NCBI GenBank assembly: GCA_005879585.1
Contig: VBKG01000327.1
Span: forward strand, 11,932 to 75,931
Source: Deltaproteobacteria bacterium
Lineage (GTDB): Bacteria > Desulfobacterota > Binatia > DP-6
Reading direction: 5' to 3'
Length of the DNA: 64,000 bases
Position numbers and translations under genes: made by a program. Below, piece after piece: positions 1 to 11,300 of this stretch. Position 1 is the stretch's first letter. Each line of letters starts with the position of its first letter. The notes beneath the pieces were generated by a model that was not told the origin of the DNA, searched no databases, and saw only the letters and a program-made list of their open reading frames with translations.

Positions 1-814
1 CGGGGCGATAGAGATTCTCGTTGGCGGGTGCGTCACGACGGTCGTCGCCGCCCGCCGGCGTGGCCATTTCCTCGAAGTTGACGAAGATCGAGAGCTGATC
101 CTGGAGGATCCGAGCGGCATACGCGACGGCGTCCTCGGGACGTACGCTGCCGTCGGTGTGCACCTCGAGGACCAGGCGGTCGTAGTCCGTGCGCTGCCCG
201 ACGCGGGCGTTCGTCACCGTGAAGTTGACCTTGGTGACCGGCGAGAACACCGCATCGATCGGGATCGTGCCGGCCGGATCGCCCTCACGCTTGTTGCGCT
301 CGGCAGGGACGTAGCCACGTCCCAGGCGGATGACGATCTCCATGTCGAGCTCGGAATCCTTGGCGAGCATCGCGATGTGCTGGTTCGGATTCAGCACCTC
401 CACCCGCGGTCCCGCCTGCACGTCGGCCGCGGTGACCTCGCGCTCACCCCGCAAGTGGATGCGCGCCGTCTCCTCGACCGCGCCGTCGTGCAATTTCACG
501 CGGACCTCTTTCAGGTTGAGCACGATGTCGGTCACGTCCTCCGTGACCCCCCCGATCGTCGAGAACTCGTGCAGCACGCCCTTCACCCGCAAGGCGACGA
601 TCGCGGCGCCCTGCAGCGAAGAGAGGAGAACCCGCCGGAGCGCGTTGCCGACGGTGATGCCGTAGCCGCGCTCGAACGGCTCCCCGAAGAACTTCCCGTA
701 CGTCGGCGTGAGGCTCTTCTCGTCGACCTCGAGCCGCCGCGGTTTGATCAGCTCTCGCCAGTTGCTCTGGACGATCGCGTCTGGAGTCTGCGTCGAGAGG
801 TCCTGCAATTCCAT
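1..814 (-). CDS. rpoA: DNA-directed RNA polymerase alpha subunit, 3' end truncated by window edge
   Basis: The reverse complement of 1-814 translates from ATG at 812-814 as MELQDLSTQTPDAIVQSNWRELIKPRRLEV...GNALRRVLLSS, the conserved alpha N-terminal domain. It follows rpsD in the standard alpha-operon order and is open to the window edge. Confidence 0.9.
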   Translation of the reverse strand, partial: MELQDLSTQTPDAIVQSNWRELIKPRRLEVDEKSLTPTYGKFFGEPFERGYGITVGNALRRVLLSSLQGAAIVALRVKGVLHEFSTIGGVTEDVTDIVLNLKEVRVKLHDGAVEETARIHLRGEREVTAADVQAGPRVEVLNPNQHIAMLAKDSELDMEIVIRLGRGYVPAERNKREGDPAGTIPIDAVFSPVTKVNFTVTNARVGQRTDYDRLVLEVHTDGSVRPEDAVAYAARILQDQLSIFVNFEEMATPAGGDDRRDAPANENLYRP

Positions 815-839
815 GACAGCCTTCCCCTGTCCGCGTGCC

Positions 840-1466
840 CTACTTGGAGTAGAGCTCCACGACCAGCTTCTCGTTGATCGGCATGGTGAGATCGGCACGG
901 GTCGGGAACGCCTTCACGATCCCCGTGAACGTGGGGGGGTCGATCGCGAGCCACTCCGGGACACCACGGCGCTGCGCCAGCTCGAGCGCTTCCTGGATGC
1001 GCGTCACCTGACGGCTCCGCTCCCGGACGCTCACCGCGTCGCCCGTGCGGACCAGGTAGGAGGGGATGTCGACCTTGCGGCCGTTCACGCGGAAGTGGCC
1101 GTGCCGCACGAGCTGCCGGGCCTCGGCACGCGAGGTCGCAAAGCCGAGGCGGTAGACGATGTTGTCCATTCGGCGTTCGAGGATCTGGAGCAGCGTCTCG
1201 CCGGTCACGCCCCGGGCGCGATCGGCCATCGCGAAATAGCGACGGAACTGCGACTCGAGGATGCCGTACATCCGGCGCAGCTTCTGCTTCTCACGCAGCT
1301 GGATCGAGTACTCGGAGAACTTCGGCCGCCCCTGCCCGTGCTCGCCGGGCGGGTAGTTGCGGCGCTCGATCGCGCACTTGTCGGTGTAGCACCGCTCGCC
1401 CTTCAAGAACAGCTTGAGACCCTCGCGCCGGCACAGCCGGCAGGAGGCTTGCGTGTATCGCGCCAC
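840..1466 (-). CDS. rpsD: 30S ribosomal protein S4
   Basis: The ORF-track protein (GTG start) [16 protein letters not shown]...KLVVELYSK has the S4 zinc-ribbon N-terminus and S4 domain. It sits between rpsK and rpoA. Confidence 0.93.
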   Translation of the reverse strand: MARYTQASCRLCRREGLKLFLKGERCYTDKCAIERRNYPPGEHGQGRPKFSEYSIQLREKQKLRRMYGILESQFRRYFAMADRARGVTGETLLQILERRMDNIVYRLGFATSRAEARQLVRHGHFRVNGRKVDIPSYLVRTGDAVSVRERSRQVTRIQEALELAQRRGVPEWLAIDPPTFTGIVKAFPTRADLTMPINEKLVVELYSK

Positions 1467-1476
1467 AGCTAGGTCC

Positions 1477-1905
1477 TCATACGCGCCGCCGCTTGGGCGG
1501 CCGGCAGCCGTTGTGCGGAATCGGTGTAACGTCCTTGATGATACTCACCGCGAACCCCGCGGCCTGCAGGCTCCGGAGCGCCGACTCGCGCCCCGCGCCC
1601 GGCCCCTTCACGTACACCTGGACCTGACGCATGCCGAGCTCCGCCGCCTTCCGCGCCGCGGCCTCCGCGGCGACCTGAGCGGCGAACGGCGTCCCCTTGC
1701 GCGACCCCTTGAAGCCGACGGAGCCAGCACTCGACCACACGATCACGTTGCCCTGCGCGTCCGTGATGGTGATGATCGTGTTGTTGAACGTGGAGTGGAT
1801 GTGCACCACTCCCTCGCTCACCGTCCGTTTGACCTTCTTGCGCCGGACTGGCGCAGCTTCCGGCGCGGCTGGCCGCTCCGGTGCGCCCTCGGGCTGCTTC
1901 GCCAT
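1477..1905 (-). CDS. rpsK: 30S ribosomal protein S11
   Basis: 142 aa containing ...[30 protein letters not shown]..., the S11 signature. Confidence 0.93.
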   Translation of the reverse strand: MAKQPEGAPERPAAPEAAPVRRKKVKRTVSEGVVHIHSTFNNTIITITDAQGNVIVWSSAGSVGFKGSRKGTPFAAQVAAEAAARKAAELGMRQVQVYVKGPGAGRESALRSLQAAGFAVSIIKDVTPIPHNGCRPPKRRRV

Positions 1906-1914
1906 GCGTCCTCC

Positions 1915-2298
1915 TTACCCCTTCGAGGGCGCCGGCTTCTTGCCGGCGATGGCGCGGCGCGGGCCTTTGCGCGTCCGTGAGTTCGTGTGCGTGCGCTGCC
2001 CGCGCACCGGCAGGTTGCGACGGTGTCGGAGGCCGCGATACGTGCCGAGGTCCACCAGACGTTTGATGTTGCCAGTGACGTCGCGGCGCAGGTCACCCTC
2101 CACCTTGTACGCCGTGTCGATCACGCGGCGGACGCGAGTGATCTCGTCGTCGGTGAGCTCGTCGCTGCTGCGCCCCGGGTCGACGCCGGCCTCGGCGCAG
2201 ATCTTGTCCGCCGAGCTTCGCCCGATCCCATAGATGTACGTGAGCGCGATCTCCATGCGCTTCTTATGCGGTAAGTCGACGCCTGCAATTCGCGCCAT
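1915..2298 (-). CDS. rpsM: 30S ribosomal protein S13
   Basis: 127 aa starting [26 protein letters not shown], a canonical S13 N-terminus. Confidence 0.93.
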   Translation of the reverse strand: MARIAGVDLPHKKRMEIALTYIYGIGRSSADKICAEAGVDPGRSSDELTDDEITRVRRVIDTAYKVEGDLRRDVTGNIKRLVDLGTYRGLRHRRNLPVRGQRTHTNSRTRKGPRRAIAGKKPAPSKG

Positions 2299-2310
2299 CC
2301 AGTTTCCCCC

Positions 2311-2424
2311 TCAGCCCTGACGCTGCTTGTGCCGCGGGTTCGAGCAGAGCACGCGGACCACCCCCGCGCGGCGGATGACCTTGCACTTCTTGCAGATGGC
2401 TTTGACCGATGCGCGTACCTTCAT
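2311..2424 (-). CDS. rpmJ: 50S ribosomal protein L36 (zinc-ribbon form)
   Basis: A 38-codon ORF found by hand below the track's size cut-off, [37 protein letters not shown]. It has the C-x2-C...C...H motif and sits between infA and rpsM. Confidence 0.88.
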   Translation of the reverse strand: MKVRASVKAICKKCKVIRRAGVVRVLCSNPRHKQRQG

Positions 2425-2431
2425 CGCCCGT

Positions 2432-2647
2432 TCACCGCATGCGATACGTGATCCGACCACGCGAGAGGTCGAACGGCGAGAGCTCGACTGTGACCTTGTC
2501 GCCCGGCGCGATCCGGACGTAGCGCAGGCGCACGCTCCCGGCGACGTGCGCCAGCACCTGGTGCCCGTTGTCGAGGTCCACCCGGAACATGGCGTTGGGC
2601 ATCAGCTGCGACACCGTGCCGCTCACCGCGATCGCGTCCCCATTCAT
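2432..2647 (-). CDS. infA: translation initiation factor IF-1
   Basis: 71 aa, [71 protein letters not shown]. Confidence 0.93.
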   Translation of the reverse strand: MNGDAIAVSGTVSQLMPNAMFRVDLDNGHQVLAHVAGSVRLRYVRIAPGDKVTVELSPFDLSRGRITYRMR

Positions 2648-2661
2648 GGCTCGTGGTCCCT

Positions 2662-3423
2662 TCAGGGTAAACTCAAAATATACGGGCCGTTTCCGGTCAC
2701 TGCAACGGAATGTTCGAAGTGCGCCGAGAGCCGGCCGTCACGCGTCGCCGCCGTCCACCCATCCTCCTTCAGAAAGACCTCGGGCCCCCCCGCATTCACC
2801 ATCGGCTCGATCGCCAGCACGAGACCGTCGCTCAGCCGGACGCCGCGGGCGCCCGTCCGGTAGTTCGGCACCTGCGGATCCTCGTGCAGGCTCCGCCCGA
2901 TGCCATGACCGACGAATTCGCGTACGGTCGAAAACCCGGCTGCCTCGACCGTGTCCTGAATCGCCCCCGAGATGTCGCCGACGTGCGCCCCGGCCCGGAT
3001 CGCTTCGATGCCGGCCGCGAGCGCCGCCTCCGTGACCCGCATGAGCCGTTCTGCCTCGGGCGTCACGCGCCCGACCGGCACGGTGACCGCCGCATCGCCG
3101 AAGTAGCCGTCGTGACAGACGCCGAAGTCGAGGCCGACGATGTCGCCGTCCCGCAGCACGCGCCGCGGCGACGGGATTCCGTGCACCACCTCGTCGTTGA
3201 TCGAGATGCAGACCGACGCCGGGTACACCCGCCCGGCGACCGCGTAGCCCTTGAACGCAGGCCGTGCGCCCTTCTTGCGCGTGAGCTCCTCGGCCAGTAC
3301 GTCGAGCTCTCCCGTGGTGACGCCGGGACGGACCCGCGTCCGGAGCTCCGCCAGGATCTCCGCGACGATGGCGTTGGCCCGCCGCATGCGGTCGATCTCC
3401 TCCGGCGACTTGAGAAGGATCAT
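2662..3423 (-). CDS. map: methionine aminopeptidase type I
   Basis: 253 aa with the metal-ligand motifs (DFG..HDGY, HGIG, EPM) of MetAP. It occupies the usual position after adk. Confidence 0.9.
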   Translation of the reverse strand: MILLKSPEEIDRMRRANAIVAEILAELRTRVRPGVTTGELDVLAEELTRKKGARPAFKGYAVAGRVYPASVCISINDEVVHGIPSPRRVLRDGDIVGLDFGVCHDGYFGDAAVTVPVGRVTPEAERLMRVTEAALAAGIEAIRAGAHVGDISGAIQDTVEAAGFSTVREFVGHGIGRSLHEDPQVPNYRTGARGVRLSDGLVLAIEPMVNAGGPEVFLKEDGWTAATRDGRLSAHFEHSVAVTGNGPYILSLP

Positions 3424-4067
3424 GGGAGGCTCGCCAGCACGCGGAGGAATATTTCCTCGCGGCTTCCGACGCCGGAGATCTCCCGCAGGAGGCCCGCGTC
3501 GCGATAGTACTGCAGCACCGGTGCGGTGTCGCGGGCGTACACGTCGAACCGCGCCCGCACGGTCTCCTCGCGATCGTCCTCGCGCTGGTAGAGCTCGCCG
3601 CCGCAGCGGTCACACCGGCCGGTGCGCGCGGCGGGGTCGGCGTCGAGCTGGAACATCGCGCCGCACTGCCGGCAGACACGCCTCGCGGCGAGCCGCCGGA
3701 CGAGCTCGTCCTCCGGCACGTCGATCGAGACGACGGCATCGAGCGGCTCCCCGCCCTTACCGAGCATCTCCGCGAGTGCTTCCGCCTGCGGCACGGTCCG
3801 CGGGAAGCCGTCGAGCAAGAAGCCCCGGTTGTGGTTCTGCGCCGCGAGACGATCCGCAACGATACCGATCACGACGTCGTCGGGCACGAGCAGCCCCTGC
3901 GCCATGAAGCGCTCCGCCTCGCGGCCGAGCGTCGTCCCGGCGCGCCGGGCATCGCGCAGAATGTCGCCGGTGGAGATGTGCGCCACCCCGCGCCGCTCCT
4001 CCAGCAGCTTCGCCTGCGTGCCCTTGCCCGCCCCCGGCGCTCCCATGATCACGGCCCGTACTCCCAC
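3420..4067 (-). CDS. adk: adenylate kinase (zinc-lid form)
   Basis: It contains GAPGAGKGTQA (P-loop) and CRQCG...CDRCGG (zinc lid). The start is probably GTG at 4065-4067, overlapping the secY stop. The track ORF 3420-4925 is an in-frame read-through of the secY antisense region. Confidence 0.88.
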   Translation of the reverse strand: MGVRAVIMGAPGAGKGTQAKLLEERRGVAHISTGDILRDARRAGTTLGREAERFMAQGLLVPDDVVIGIVADRLAAQNHNRGFLLDGFPRTVPQAEALAEMLGKGGEPLDAVVSIDVPEDELVRRLAARRVCRQCGAMFQLDADPAARTGRCDRCGGELYQREDDREETVRARFDVYARDTAPVLQYYRDAGLLREISGVGSREEIFLRVLASLP

Positions 4068-5374
4068 TAGCGCCGTCCCCGGATGCGTCCCCGCTTCATG
4101 AAGCCCTCGTAGCTGCGCGTGATCAGGTGCGTCTCCATGGCAGCGATCGTGTCGAGAGCCACTCCGACGACGATCAGAAGCGCGGTCCCGCCGAAGTAGA
4201 AGGGCACCTTGAACTGACTGATGAGGATCGTCGGGAGGACGCAGACGGCGGCGACGTAGAGGGCACCGGGCAAGGTGATGCGCACCAGGATGCGGTCGAT
4301 GTACTCCGCGGTCCGCTGGCCGGGGCGGATGCCGGGAATGTAGCCGCCGAACTTCTTCATGTTGTCGGCGACGTCGGCCGGGTTGAAGGTGACCGCGGTG
4401 TAAAAGTAGCAGAAGAACACGATCAGCCCGACGTACGCGAGGGTGTAGAGCCACGTCCCCGGGGCGAGCTGCCGCGAGATCCAGTGGGCCACGGGGTGGT
4501 CGATGAAGTTGGTCACGGTGCCGGGGAAGAGCAGGATCGACGACGCGAAGATGGGCGGGATCACGCCCGACGTATTGATCTTGAGCGGCAGGTGCGAGCT
4601 CTGCCCGCTGTACATGCGGCGGCCCACCACCCGCTTGGCGTACTGGACCGGAATCCGCCGCTGGGCGCGCTCCATGAAGATGATCGCCGCCACCACGCCG
4701 ATCATCACGAGGATGATGAAGACGGCGATCAGGATCGAAAGCTCGGCCTGCTTGATGAACTCGAACGTCGTCGCGGCCGCCGACGGCATGGCGGCGACGA
4801 TGCCCGCGAAGATGATGAGCGAGATGCCGTTGCCAATCCCGCGTTCGGTGATCTGCTCGCCGAGCCACATGATGAAGGCGGTTCCCGTGGTCAGGGTGAT
4901 CATCGTCATCAGCCGGAAGTGCCATCCCGGCTGGAAGACGACCCCGCCGCCCCCCGGCGCCTCGATCGACTCGAGGCCGACCGAGATGAAGAAGCCCTGC
5001 ACGAGCGAGAGGAGCACCGTGCCGTAGCGGGTATACTGCGTGATCTTCCGGCGGCCCATCTCGCCCTCCTTCGAGAGCTTCTCGAGGTAGGGGATGACCA
5101 CCGTCAGGAGCTGCAGGATGATGCTCGCGCTGATGTAGGGCATGATGCCGAGCGCGAAGATCGAAAAGCGCTCGAGCGCGCCGCCCGAGAAGAGATTCAC
5201 CAAGCCGACGATGTTGTTACGGGCCTGGGCGAAGAACTGCGCCAGCGCCTGGCCGTCGATGCCGGGCGTCGGGATGGCGACGCCCAGCCGGTAGACCGCC
5301 AGCGCCGCGGCGGTGAACCCGAGGCGCTTACGAAGCTCCGGAACGCGGGACGCATTGGCGAACCCTTCAAACAT
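4067..5374 (-). CDS. secY: preprotein translocase subunit SecY
   Basis: 435 aa, multi-TM, with the conserved SecY segments (...[15 protein letters not shown]...). Confidence 0.93.
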   Translation of the reverse strand: MFEGFANASRVPELRKRLGFTAAALAVYRLGVAIPTPGIDGQALAQFFAQARNNIVGLVNLFSGGALERFSIFALGIMPYISASIILQLLTVVIPYLEKLSKEGEMGRRKITQYTRYGTVLLSLVQGFFISVGLESIEAPGGGGVVFQPGWHFRLMTMITLTTGTAFIMWLGEQITERGIGNGISLIIFAGIVAAMPSAAATTFEFIKQAELSILIAVFIILVMIGVVAAIIFMERAQRRIPVQYAKRVVGRRMYSGQSSHLPLKINTSGVIPPIFASSILLFPGTVTNFIDHPVAHWISRQLAPGTWLYTLAYVGLIVFFCYFYTAVTFNPADVADNMKKFGGYIPGIRPGQRTAEYIDRILVRITLPGALYVAAVCVLPTILISQFKVPFYFGGTALLIVVGVALDTIAAMETHLITRSYEGFMKRGRIRGRR

Positions 5375-5822
5375 CGACCGTCTCCACCGTGCCGCCGGCA
5401 GCCGTGATGCGCTCGCGCGCGGTCTTGCTGAACGCGTGCAGCCGCACGGTCAGCGCATGCGGCAGCGCGCCGTCGCCGAGGCACTTGACCCGCCGGCCGC
5501 CGCGCACCAGGCGCCGGCTCCGCAGCTCTTCGGGCCCGACCGTCGTTCCGGGCTCGAACAGGGCGAGCTTGGCGAGATTCACGATCGCGTACTCCTCGCG
5601 GGCCACCGGGCGAAAGCCGCGCTTCGGCAGGCGCCGCTGGAGCGGCATCTGACCGCCCTCGTAGCCGGGCGGGCTGTTGCCGCCCGAACGCGACCGCCGG
5701 CCCTTGTGGCCGCGGCCCGCCGTCTTGCCCTGGCCGGACCCGGGACCGCGGCCGACGCGCTTCCGCGGCCGCGTCGCCCCCGGGGCGGGATGCAGATGAC
5801 CGAGATCGATGGGCTGGTCCAT
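5367..5822 (-). CDS. rplO: 50S ribosomal protein L15
   Basis: 151 aa with a Gly/Arg-rich N-terminus ([22 protein letters not shown]), typical of L15. Confidence 0.9.
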   Translation of the reverse strand: MDQPIDLGHLHPAPGATRPRKRVGRGPGSGQGKTAGRGHKGRRSRSGGNSPPGYEGGQMPLQRRLPKRGFRPVAREEYAIVNLAKLALFEPGTTVGPEELRSRRLVRGGRRVKCLGDGALPHALTVRLHAFSKTARERITAAGGTVETVDV

Positions 5823-5831
5823 CGTCGTCGC

Positions 5832-6014
5832 CTATTCCTCCGCCTCGACGAGATGCGCGACGGCACGCACCATGCCGCGCACCGCCGGCGAGTCCTTGAG
5901 GATCACCGACTTGCCGACGCGCTTGAGGCCGAGGCCGCGGAGCGTCTCGCGCTGACGCGGGCTCGTGCCGATGGGGCTGCGCCGCAGGCGGACCTTCAGC
6001 ATGCGGTCGCTCAT
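5832..6014 (-). CDS. rpmD: 50S ribosomal protein L30
   Basis: 60 aa, [60 protein letters not shown], which is the C-terminal part of track ORF 5832-7049. Confidence 0.88.
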   Translation of the reverse strand: MSDRMLKVRLRRSPIGTSPRQRETLRGLGLKRVGKSVILKDSPAVRGMVRAVAHLVEAEE

Positions 6015-6544
6015 TACCGTAGCTCCGCCACGGTCTTGCCGCGCAGCGCCGCGACCGCGCCGGGCTCCTTCAGCTGCCCGAGGGCGTCCATCGTCGCCCG
6101 CACCATGTTGTGCGGGTTGTTCGACCCGATGCATTTGGTGAGGACGTTGCTGACTCCCGCGAGCTCCACGACGGCCCGCACGCCGCCGCCGGCGATGACC
6201 CCCGTACCGGCGGAGGCGGGCTTCAGCAGCACCTCGCCCGCGCCGAAACGGCCCGTGACCTCGTAGGGGATCGTGCCGTCGACGAGCGGCACCCCGACCA
6301 TCTGCTTCTTCGCCTTGTCGATGCCCTTCCGGATCGCTTCCGGCACCTCGTTGGCCTTGCCGAGCCCGAAGCCGACGCGTCCGCGGCCGTCCCCAACGAC
6401 GACCAGCGCGCTGAAGCTGAACCGCCGGCCGCCCTTCACGACCTTGGCGACGCGGTTGATGTGGACGACCTTCTCCTTCAGCTCGGCGCCCTGCGCGTCG
6501 AGGATGACGCGGCGCGGACCGCCTGACCCACCCGGATGCGGCAT
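6014..6544 (-). CDS. rpsE: 30S ribosomal protein S5
   Basis: 176 aa containing ...[40 protein letters not shown]..., with a short N-terminal extension. Confidence 0.92.
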   Translation of the reverse strand: MPHPGGSGGPRRVILDAQGAELKEKVVHINRVAKVVKGGRRFSFSALVVVGDGRGRVGFGLGKANEVPEAIRKGIDKAKKQMVGVPLVDGTIPYEVTGRFGAGEVLLKPASAGTGVIAGGGVRAVVELAGVSNVLTKCIGSNNPHNMVRATMDALGQLKEPGAVAALRGKTVAELR

Positions 6545-6556
6545 GCTCGTCCTTCC

Positions 6557-6922
6557 CTAGAACTCGAGGCCGCCCTCGCGCGCGCCCTCGGCGACGGCGC
6601 GCACGCGGCCATGGTACAGGAACCCGTTCCGATCGAACACGATCCGTTTGATGCCCTGCTCCTGACAGCGCCGCGCGACCAGCAGCCCGACCTGCTTGGC
6701 CGCGCCGACATCGGACGTCTTCTTGAGCCCGGTGCGCAGATCGGCCGACAGCGTGGAGATGGCAAGCAGCGTCTTCGCTGACTGGTCGGTGATCAGCTGC
6801 GCATACGTGTGCTTCTGGCTCCGGAAGACGCAGAGACGCGGCCGCTCGTCCGTCCCGCGCACGGCGCGCCGAACCCGCACACGCCGCCGCTCGCGTCCGA
6901 CCACCTTGAGGCTGGTTCGCAT
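6557..6922 (-). CDS. rplR: 50S ribosomal protein L18
   Basis: 121 aa containing ...[32 protein letters not shown]... Confidence 0.92.
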   Translation of the reverse strand: MRTSLKVVGRERRRVRVRRAVRGTDERPRLCVFRSQKHTYAQLITDQSAKTLLAISTLSADLRTGLKKTSDVGAAKQVGLLVARRCQEQGIKRIVFDRNGFLYHGRVRAVAEGAREGGLEF

Positions 6923-7470
6923 CAGCGTGCCCCTCCCGCCGCCGCCTTGCCCGCCTTACGGCGGATCGTCTCTTCCGCGTACTTGACCCCCTTGCCCTTG
7001 TACGGCTCGGGTGGCCGGAGCTCGCGGATAGCCGCCAGGGTATGTCCAAGAAGCTCGCGATCGGGTCCTTCGAGCGTCACGATCACCTGCCGATCGACCT
7101 TCGCCGAGATCCCCGGGGGCAGCTGGAAGGCGATCGGGTGCGAGTACCCGAGGGTCAGGTACAGCACGGTGCCCCGCGCTTCCGCTCGATAGCCGACGCC
7201 GTTGATCTCGAGGACGCGCGTGAAGCCCTTGTTGACGCCGTCGACCATGTTGCCGATGAGCTTCCGCGTGAGCCCATGGATGCTGCGCGCCCGACGCGAG
7301 TCGTCGCGCCGGCGGACGACGACGGCCCCGCCCTCGACGGCGACGCTGACCTCCGGATCGAGGCGACGCTCGAGCGTGCCCCTGGGACCTTCGACGCGCA
7401 CGGTGCCGTCGGTCGCGTGAACGCGAACGCCCTGCGGCACCGCGACGGGTTGTTTACCGATGCGCGACAT
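6922..7470 (-). CDS. rplF: 50S ribosomal protein L6
   Basis: 182 aa starting MSRIGKQPVAVPQGVRV. Confidence 0.92.
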   Translation of the reverse strand: MSRIGKQPVAVPQGVRVHATDGTVRVEGPRGTLERRLDPEVSVAVEGGAVVVRRRDDSRRARSIHGLTRKLIGNMVDGVNKGFTRVLEINGVGYRAEARGTVLYLTLGYSHPIAFQLPPGISAKVDRQVIVTLEGPDRELLGHTLAAIRELRPPEPYKGKGVKYAEETIRRKAGKAAAGGAR

Positions 7471-7482
7471 CGTCCCTCTCTC

Positions 7483-7878
7483 CTACCAGACAGTGCAGAG
7501 CAGCTCCCCGCCCACGTTCTCGCGCCGGGCGTCGCGATCGACGAGGAGACCCTTCGGGGTGGACAGCACGCTCACGCCGAGGCCACCCCGCACGGCGGGA
7601 ATGTCCTTCGATCCGACGTAGACCCGGAGGCTCGGCCGGCTGACCCGCTTGATGCCACCGATCACCGGCCGTCGCTGCGGGTCGTAGCGCAGCTCGATGC
7701 GCAGCACGGGACGCGGCTCCGCCTCGATGATGGTCGCGCCGGCGAGGTACCCCTCCGCCACGAGCACGCGCGCGAGGGCGTCCTTCTGTTTCGACCAAGG
7801 CATGTCGACCGTCGCCTTGCGCGCGGCGGTGGCGTTCCGGACACGGGTGAGGAAGTCGGCGATCGGATCGGTCAGCAT
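7483..7878 (-). CDS. rpsH: 30S ribosomal protein S8
   Basis: 131 aa starting MLTDPIADFLTRVRNA. Confidence 0.92.
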   Translation of the reverse strand: MLTDPIADFLTRVRNATAARKATVDMPWSKQKDALARVLVAEGYLAGATIIEAEPRPVLRIELRYDPQRRPVIGGIKRVSRPSLRVYVGSKDIPAVRGGLGVSVLSTPKGLLVDRDARRENVGGELLCTVW

Positions 7879-7885
7879 CGCGCCG

Positions 7886-8071
7886 TCACCAGCTCGCCTT
7901 CACGAGTCCCGGGATCTGGCCGCGGCGCCCGAGGTCGCGCAGGCAGAGCCGGCACATGCGGAACCGCCGGAAGAAGGCCCGCGGCCGCCCGCACAGCGGG
8001 CAGCGGTTGTAGGCGCGCACCTTGAACTTCGGTGGCCGCGACGCCTTTACCATGAGACACGTCTTCGCCAT
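7886..8071 (-). CDS. rpsN: 30S ribosomal protein S14, short zinc-binding (type Z) form
   Basis: 61 aa with C-x2-C...C-x2-C (CPLCGRP...CRLC). Confidence 0.9.
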   Translation of the reverse strand: MAKTCLMVKASRPPKFKVRAYNRCPLCGRPRAFFRRFRMCRLCLRDLGRRGQIPGLVKASW

Positions 8072-8084
8072 ATCCCCTCGGTCG

Positions 8085-8627
8085 TCAGGCCCGGAACGGC
8101 ATCCCGAGCGCGCGCAGCAAGCTCTTGCCCTCGGCGTCCGACCGCGCCGTCGTGCAGATGACGACCGTCAGGCCCTTGATCTTGTCCACCTTGTCGAGGT
8201 TGATCTCCGGAAAGATCACCTGCTCCCGGATCCCAAGGGAGTAGTTGCCCCGGCCGTCGAACGCGCGATCCGGAACGCCCTTGAAGTCACGGACGCGCGG
8301 CAGCGCGGCACCCACAAGGCGCTCGAAGAACTCGTACATCCGCTCGCCCCGCAGCGTCACCATGGCGCCGATGGCCGTTTTCTCACGAAGCTTGAAGTTG
8401 GCGATCGCCTTCTTGGCGCGCGTGACGACCGGCTTCTGGCCGCTGATCGCGGTCAGCTCCTCGACCGCACCGTCGAGGAGCTTCGGGTTCTGCGTGGCCT
8501 CACCGAGCCCCATGTTGAGGACGATCTTCTGGAGCCGCGGCACGGCGAGCGAGTTCTTGTAGCCGAGCTCGCGCATGAGCGCCGGGACGATCTCCTGTTT
8601 GTACCGTTCCTGCAGGCGCGCCGCCAT
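8085..8627 (-). CDS. rplE: 50S ribosomal protein L5
   Basis: The alignment to L5 starts at the internal [18 protein letters not shown]. The track ORF extends 13 codons further upstream to 8666 and would overlap rplX. Confidence 0.88.
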   Translation of the reverse strand: MAARLQERYKQEIVPALMRELGYKNSLAVPRLQKIVLNMGLGEATQNPKLLDGAVEELTAISGQKPVVTRAKKAIANFKLREKTAIGAMVTLRGERMYEFFERLVGAALPRVRDFKGVPDRAFDGRGNYSLGIREQVIFPEINLDKVDKIKGLTVVICTTARSDAEGKSLLRALGMPFRA

Positions 8628-8629
8628 GT

Positions 8630-8956
8630 TTACACGCTGTCCATGAGCTCGCCGCAGCGGCGACACACGCGCGCCGCGCGGCCGTTCTCGAGACGGCGGC
8701 GACCGACGCGCGCCGGCTTGTTGCAGCGACCGCAGATGGGCAACACGTTGGAGAGGTGGATCGATGCCTCCTTCTCGACGATACCGCCCGGGCTCTGAAC
8801 GCCGCGCGGCTTCTGATGCCGCTTCACCATGTTCACGCGCTCGATCACCACGCGGTTCTTCTCGTGCAGCAGCCGCAGCACCTTGCCGGTCTTCCCGCGT
8901 TCGCGGCCGGCGATGACGATCACGGTGTCGTCCTTGCGGATGCGCTCGACGGCCAT
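8630..8956 (-). CDS. rplX: 50S ribosomal protein L24 with C-terminal Cys4 zinc ribbon
   Basis: It has a KOW N-terminus ([26 protein letters not shown]) plus a C-terminal CGRCNKP...CRRCGE motif of the kind known from Thermus-type L24. Confidence 0.9.
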   Translation of the reverse strand: MAVERIRKDDTVIVIAGRERGKTGKVLRLLHEKNRVVIERVNMVKRHQKPRGVQSPGGIVEKEASIHLSNVLPICGRCNKPARVGRRRLENGRAARVCRRCGELMDSV

Positions 8957-8959
8957 CGC

Positions 8960-9328
8960 TCAGAGCACCTCCGGGGCAAGCGAGATGATCTTCATGAACC
9001 GCTTGGCGCGGAGCTCGCGCGCCACCGGACCGAAGATGCGCGTGCCGATCGGCTCGCGGGCATTGTCGATCAGCACCGCGGAGTTCGTGTCGAACCGGAT
9101 GTAGGAGCCGTCGGTCCGGCCGACTTCCTTCGCGGTGCGGACGATGACCGCCTTCATGACGTCACCCTTCTTCACCTTGGCGTTCGGGATGGCCTCCTTG
9201 ACCGACACGACGATGATGTCGCCGATCGAGGCGTACTTTCGCCGGGTGCCGCCGAGCACCTTGATGCAGAGCACCTTCCGGGCGCCGCTGTTGTCCGCGA
9301 CGTCGAGGATGCTTTCCGCCTGGATCAT
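8960..9328 (-). CDS. rplN: 50S ribosomal protein L14
   Basis: 122 aa starting [19 protein letters not shown]. Confidence 0.93.
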   Translation of the reverse strand: MIQAESILDVADNSGARKVLCIKVLGGTRRKYASIGDIIVVSVKEAIPNAKVKKGDVMKAVIVRTAKEVGRTDGSYIRFDTNSAVLIDNAREPIGTRIFGPVARELRAKRFMKIISLAPEVL

Positions 9329-9331
9329 GAC

Positions 9332-9649
9332 CTAGCCTTCGCCCCCGCCCGCGGCCGCGGTGGGCAGCTCACCGCCGACCAGCGGCTCGTCCGCCCCTTC
9401 CCGGCGCGCCAGGATGGCTGCCACCGTCCACCGCTTGTCGTGCGACAGCGGGCGGCTCTCGATGATGCGAACCCGATCGCCGACGCGACACTGCTCCTTC
9501 TGATCGTGCGCTTTGTAGCGCCTGCGCTGCTTCAGGTACTTGCGATACCGGCCGTGGCGGACCAGCCGCTCCACTTCGACGACGACGGTCCGCGTCATCT
9601 TGTCGGAGACGACGACGCCGTCTCGCTGCTTGCGCCGTCCCGTCGTCAT
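9332..9649 (-). CDS. rpsQ: 30S ribosomal protein S17 with ~20 aa Gly/Ala-rich C-terminal tail
   Basis: 105 aa with an S17 core (...[26 protein letters not shown]...) followed by a tail ...[21 protein letters not shown]. Confidence 0.88.
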   Translation of the reverse strand: MTTGRRKQRDGVVVSDKMTRTVVVEVERLVRHGRYRKYLKQRRRYKAHDQKEQCRVGDRVRIIESRPLSHDKRWTVAAILARREGADEPLVGGELPTAAAGGGEG

Positions 9650-9840
9650 GGCCGGACCTCCCGCTGCCGGAGCGTCGTCTTGGCCCGGGCCAGGTCGCGC
9701 TTCGTCTCGCGAACCTTCATCGGATTGGGCAGCTGCGCCGTCGCCCGGCGGAGACGCAGGTGGAAGAGCGCGTCGGTCAGCTCCGTGACGCGCGCCCGGA
9801 GCTCGTCGTCGCTCATGTCGCGGAATTCCTGCGGCTTCAT
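9646..9840 (-). CDS. rpmC: 50S ribosomal protein L29
   Basis: 64 aa, [64 protein letters not shown], at the C-terminal end of track ORF 9646-10092. Confidence 0.88.
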   Translation of the reverse strand: MKPQEFRDMSDDELRARVTELTDALFHLRLRRATAQLPNPMKVRETKRDLARAKTTLRQREVRP

Positions 9841-9850
9841 CGGCTCACCG

Positions 9851-10270
9851 TCACGCCGCCGCCGTGTGGCGCTCACGAACGACCGTCGCGATCGACAGCT
9901 TGGCCGCCGCGAGCCGCAGCGCGGCGTGCGCCTGGCTGCGTTCCACGCCTTCCATCTCGAAGAGCATGCGGCCGGGCTTGACGACCGCGACCCAGAACTC
10001 GGGCGAGCCCTTGCCCTTCCCCATCCGTGTCTCGGCGGGCTTCTTCGTGAGCGGCTTGTCGGGGAACACGCGCACCCACACGCGCCCGCCACGCTTGATG
10101 TAGCGGGTGAGCGCGACGCGGGCCGCCTCGATCTCGCGCGCCGTCAGCCAGCCGCGCTCGAGCGCCTGGAGCCCGAAGTCGCCGAAGGCGAGCGTCGCTC
10201 CCCGCCACGCGGTGCCGCGCCGTCGGCCCTTCTGCATCTTTCGCCACTTGACCTTCTTCGGGGCGAGCAT
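9851..10270 (-). CDS. rplP: 50S ribosomal protein L16
   Basis: 139 aa starting [19 protein letters not shown]. Confidence 0.93.
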   Translation of the reverse strand: MLAPKKVKWRKMQKGRRRGTAWRGATLAFGDFGLQALERGWLTAREIEAARVALTRYIKRGGRVWVRVFPDKPLTKKPAETRMGKGKGSPEFWVAVVKPGRMLFEMEGVERSQAHAALRLAAAKLSIATVVRERHTAAA

Positions 10271-10282
10271 ACTCGTCGTGGA

Positions 10283-10945
10283 TCAGACGCCGAGGGCGGC
10301 GCGCTGCTCCTCCTCCTGCTTGGTGAGAACCTCGCCGCGGAAGATCCAGCACTTGACGCCGATGACGCCATAGGTGGTCTTCGCCTCGGCGAGGCCGTAG
10401 TTCACGTCGGCGCGCAGCGTGTGCAACGGCACCCGCCCCTCGCGGTACCATTCGGTGCGCGCGATCTCCGAGCCCCCGAGTCGGCCCGCGGACTGGATGC
10501 GGATCCCCTGCGCCCCCATGCGCATGGCGCGCGCCACCGCCTCCTTCATCGCCCGCCGGAACGCGACCCGACGTTCGAGCTGCAAGGCCACGTTCTCGCC
10601 GACGAGCAGCGCGTCGAGGTCCGGCCGGCGCACCTCGTGGATGTTGATGAAGGTCTCCTTGCTGGTGAGCTTCGACAGCTCCTGCTTGAGCTTCTCGATC
10701 TCGGCGCCCTTCTTGCCGATGACGATCCCGGGGCGCGCCGTGTGGATGTTGATCTTCGCCTTGTTGGCCGCGCGCTCGATTTCGATCTTCGACACCCCGG
10801 CGTGATACAGGCGCTTCTTCAAGAAATTGCGGATCTTGATGTCCTCGTGCAGGAGCTCGGCGTATTCGCGACGCGCGAACCAGCGCGAGTCCCAGTTCTC
10901 GATGACGCCGAGGCGAAAGCCCTTCGGGTGTACCTTCTGACCCAC
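10283..10945 (-). CDS. rpsC: 30S ribosomal protein S3
   Basis: 220 aa starting [24 protein letters not shown]. Confidence 0.93.
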   Translation of the reverse strand: MGQKVHPKGFRLGVIENWDSRWFARREYAELLHEDIKIRNFLKKRLYHAGVSKIEIERAANKAKINIHTARPGIVIGKKGAEIEKLKQELSKLTSKETFINIHEVRRPDLDALLVGENVALQLERRVAFRRAMKEAVARAMRMGAQGIRIQSAGRLGGSEIARTEWYREGRVPLHTLRADVNYGLAEAKTTYGVIGVKCWIFRGEVLTKQEEEQRAALGV

Positions 10946-10946
10946 G

Positions 10947-11300
10947 TTACGCCTCCCCCGCCTTCGGACGCTCGTCGACGATCAAGGTGATGTGGCTCGT
11001 CCTCTTGAAGACCTTGGTGGCACGGCCGTGCGCCCGGCTGAGAAAGCGCTTCGCCGTCGGACCTTCGTCGACGAACGCGCGCTTCACGTAGAGGCGGTCG
11101 ACGTCGACGCGCTGGGTGCTCTCCGCGTTGGCGACCGCGGAGCGCAGCGTCTTGGCGACGAGCCGCGCCCCGCGCTTGGGGGTGTACTCGAGAAGGCTCA
11201 GCGCCTTCTCGACGGGCTTGCCACGGATCAGATCGACCACCAGGCGCGCCTTCTGCGCGGTGATACGCATGAACCGGCTCTGCGCACGCGTCTCCATCAC
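10947..11300 (-). CDS. rplV: 50S ribosomal protein L22
   Basis: 117 aa containing ...[26 protein letters not shown]... Confidence 0.92.
   Translation of the reverse strand: MMETRAQSRFMRITAQKARLVVDLIRGKPVEKALSLLEYTPKRGARLVAKTLRSAVANAESTQRVDVDRLYVKRAFVDEGPTAKRFLSRAHGRATKVFKRTSHITLIVDERPKAGEA

Noticed and set aside
4068-4925. Upstream in-frame extension of the adk ORF (track 3420-4925).
   Set aside because: It lies entirely inside secY, which is certain. The Adk P-loop begins right after the GTG at 4065-4067.
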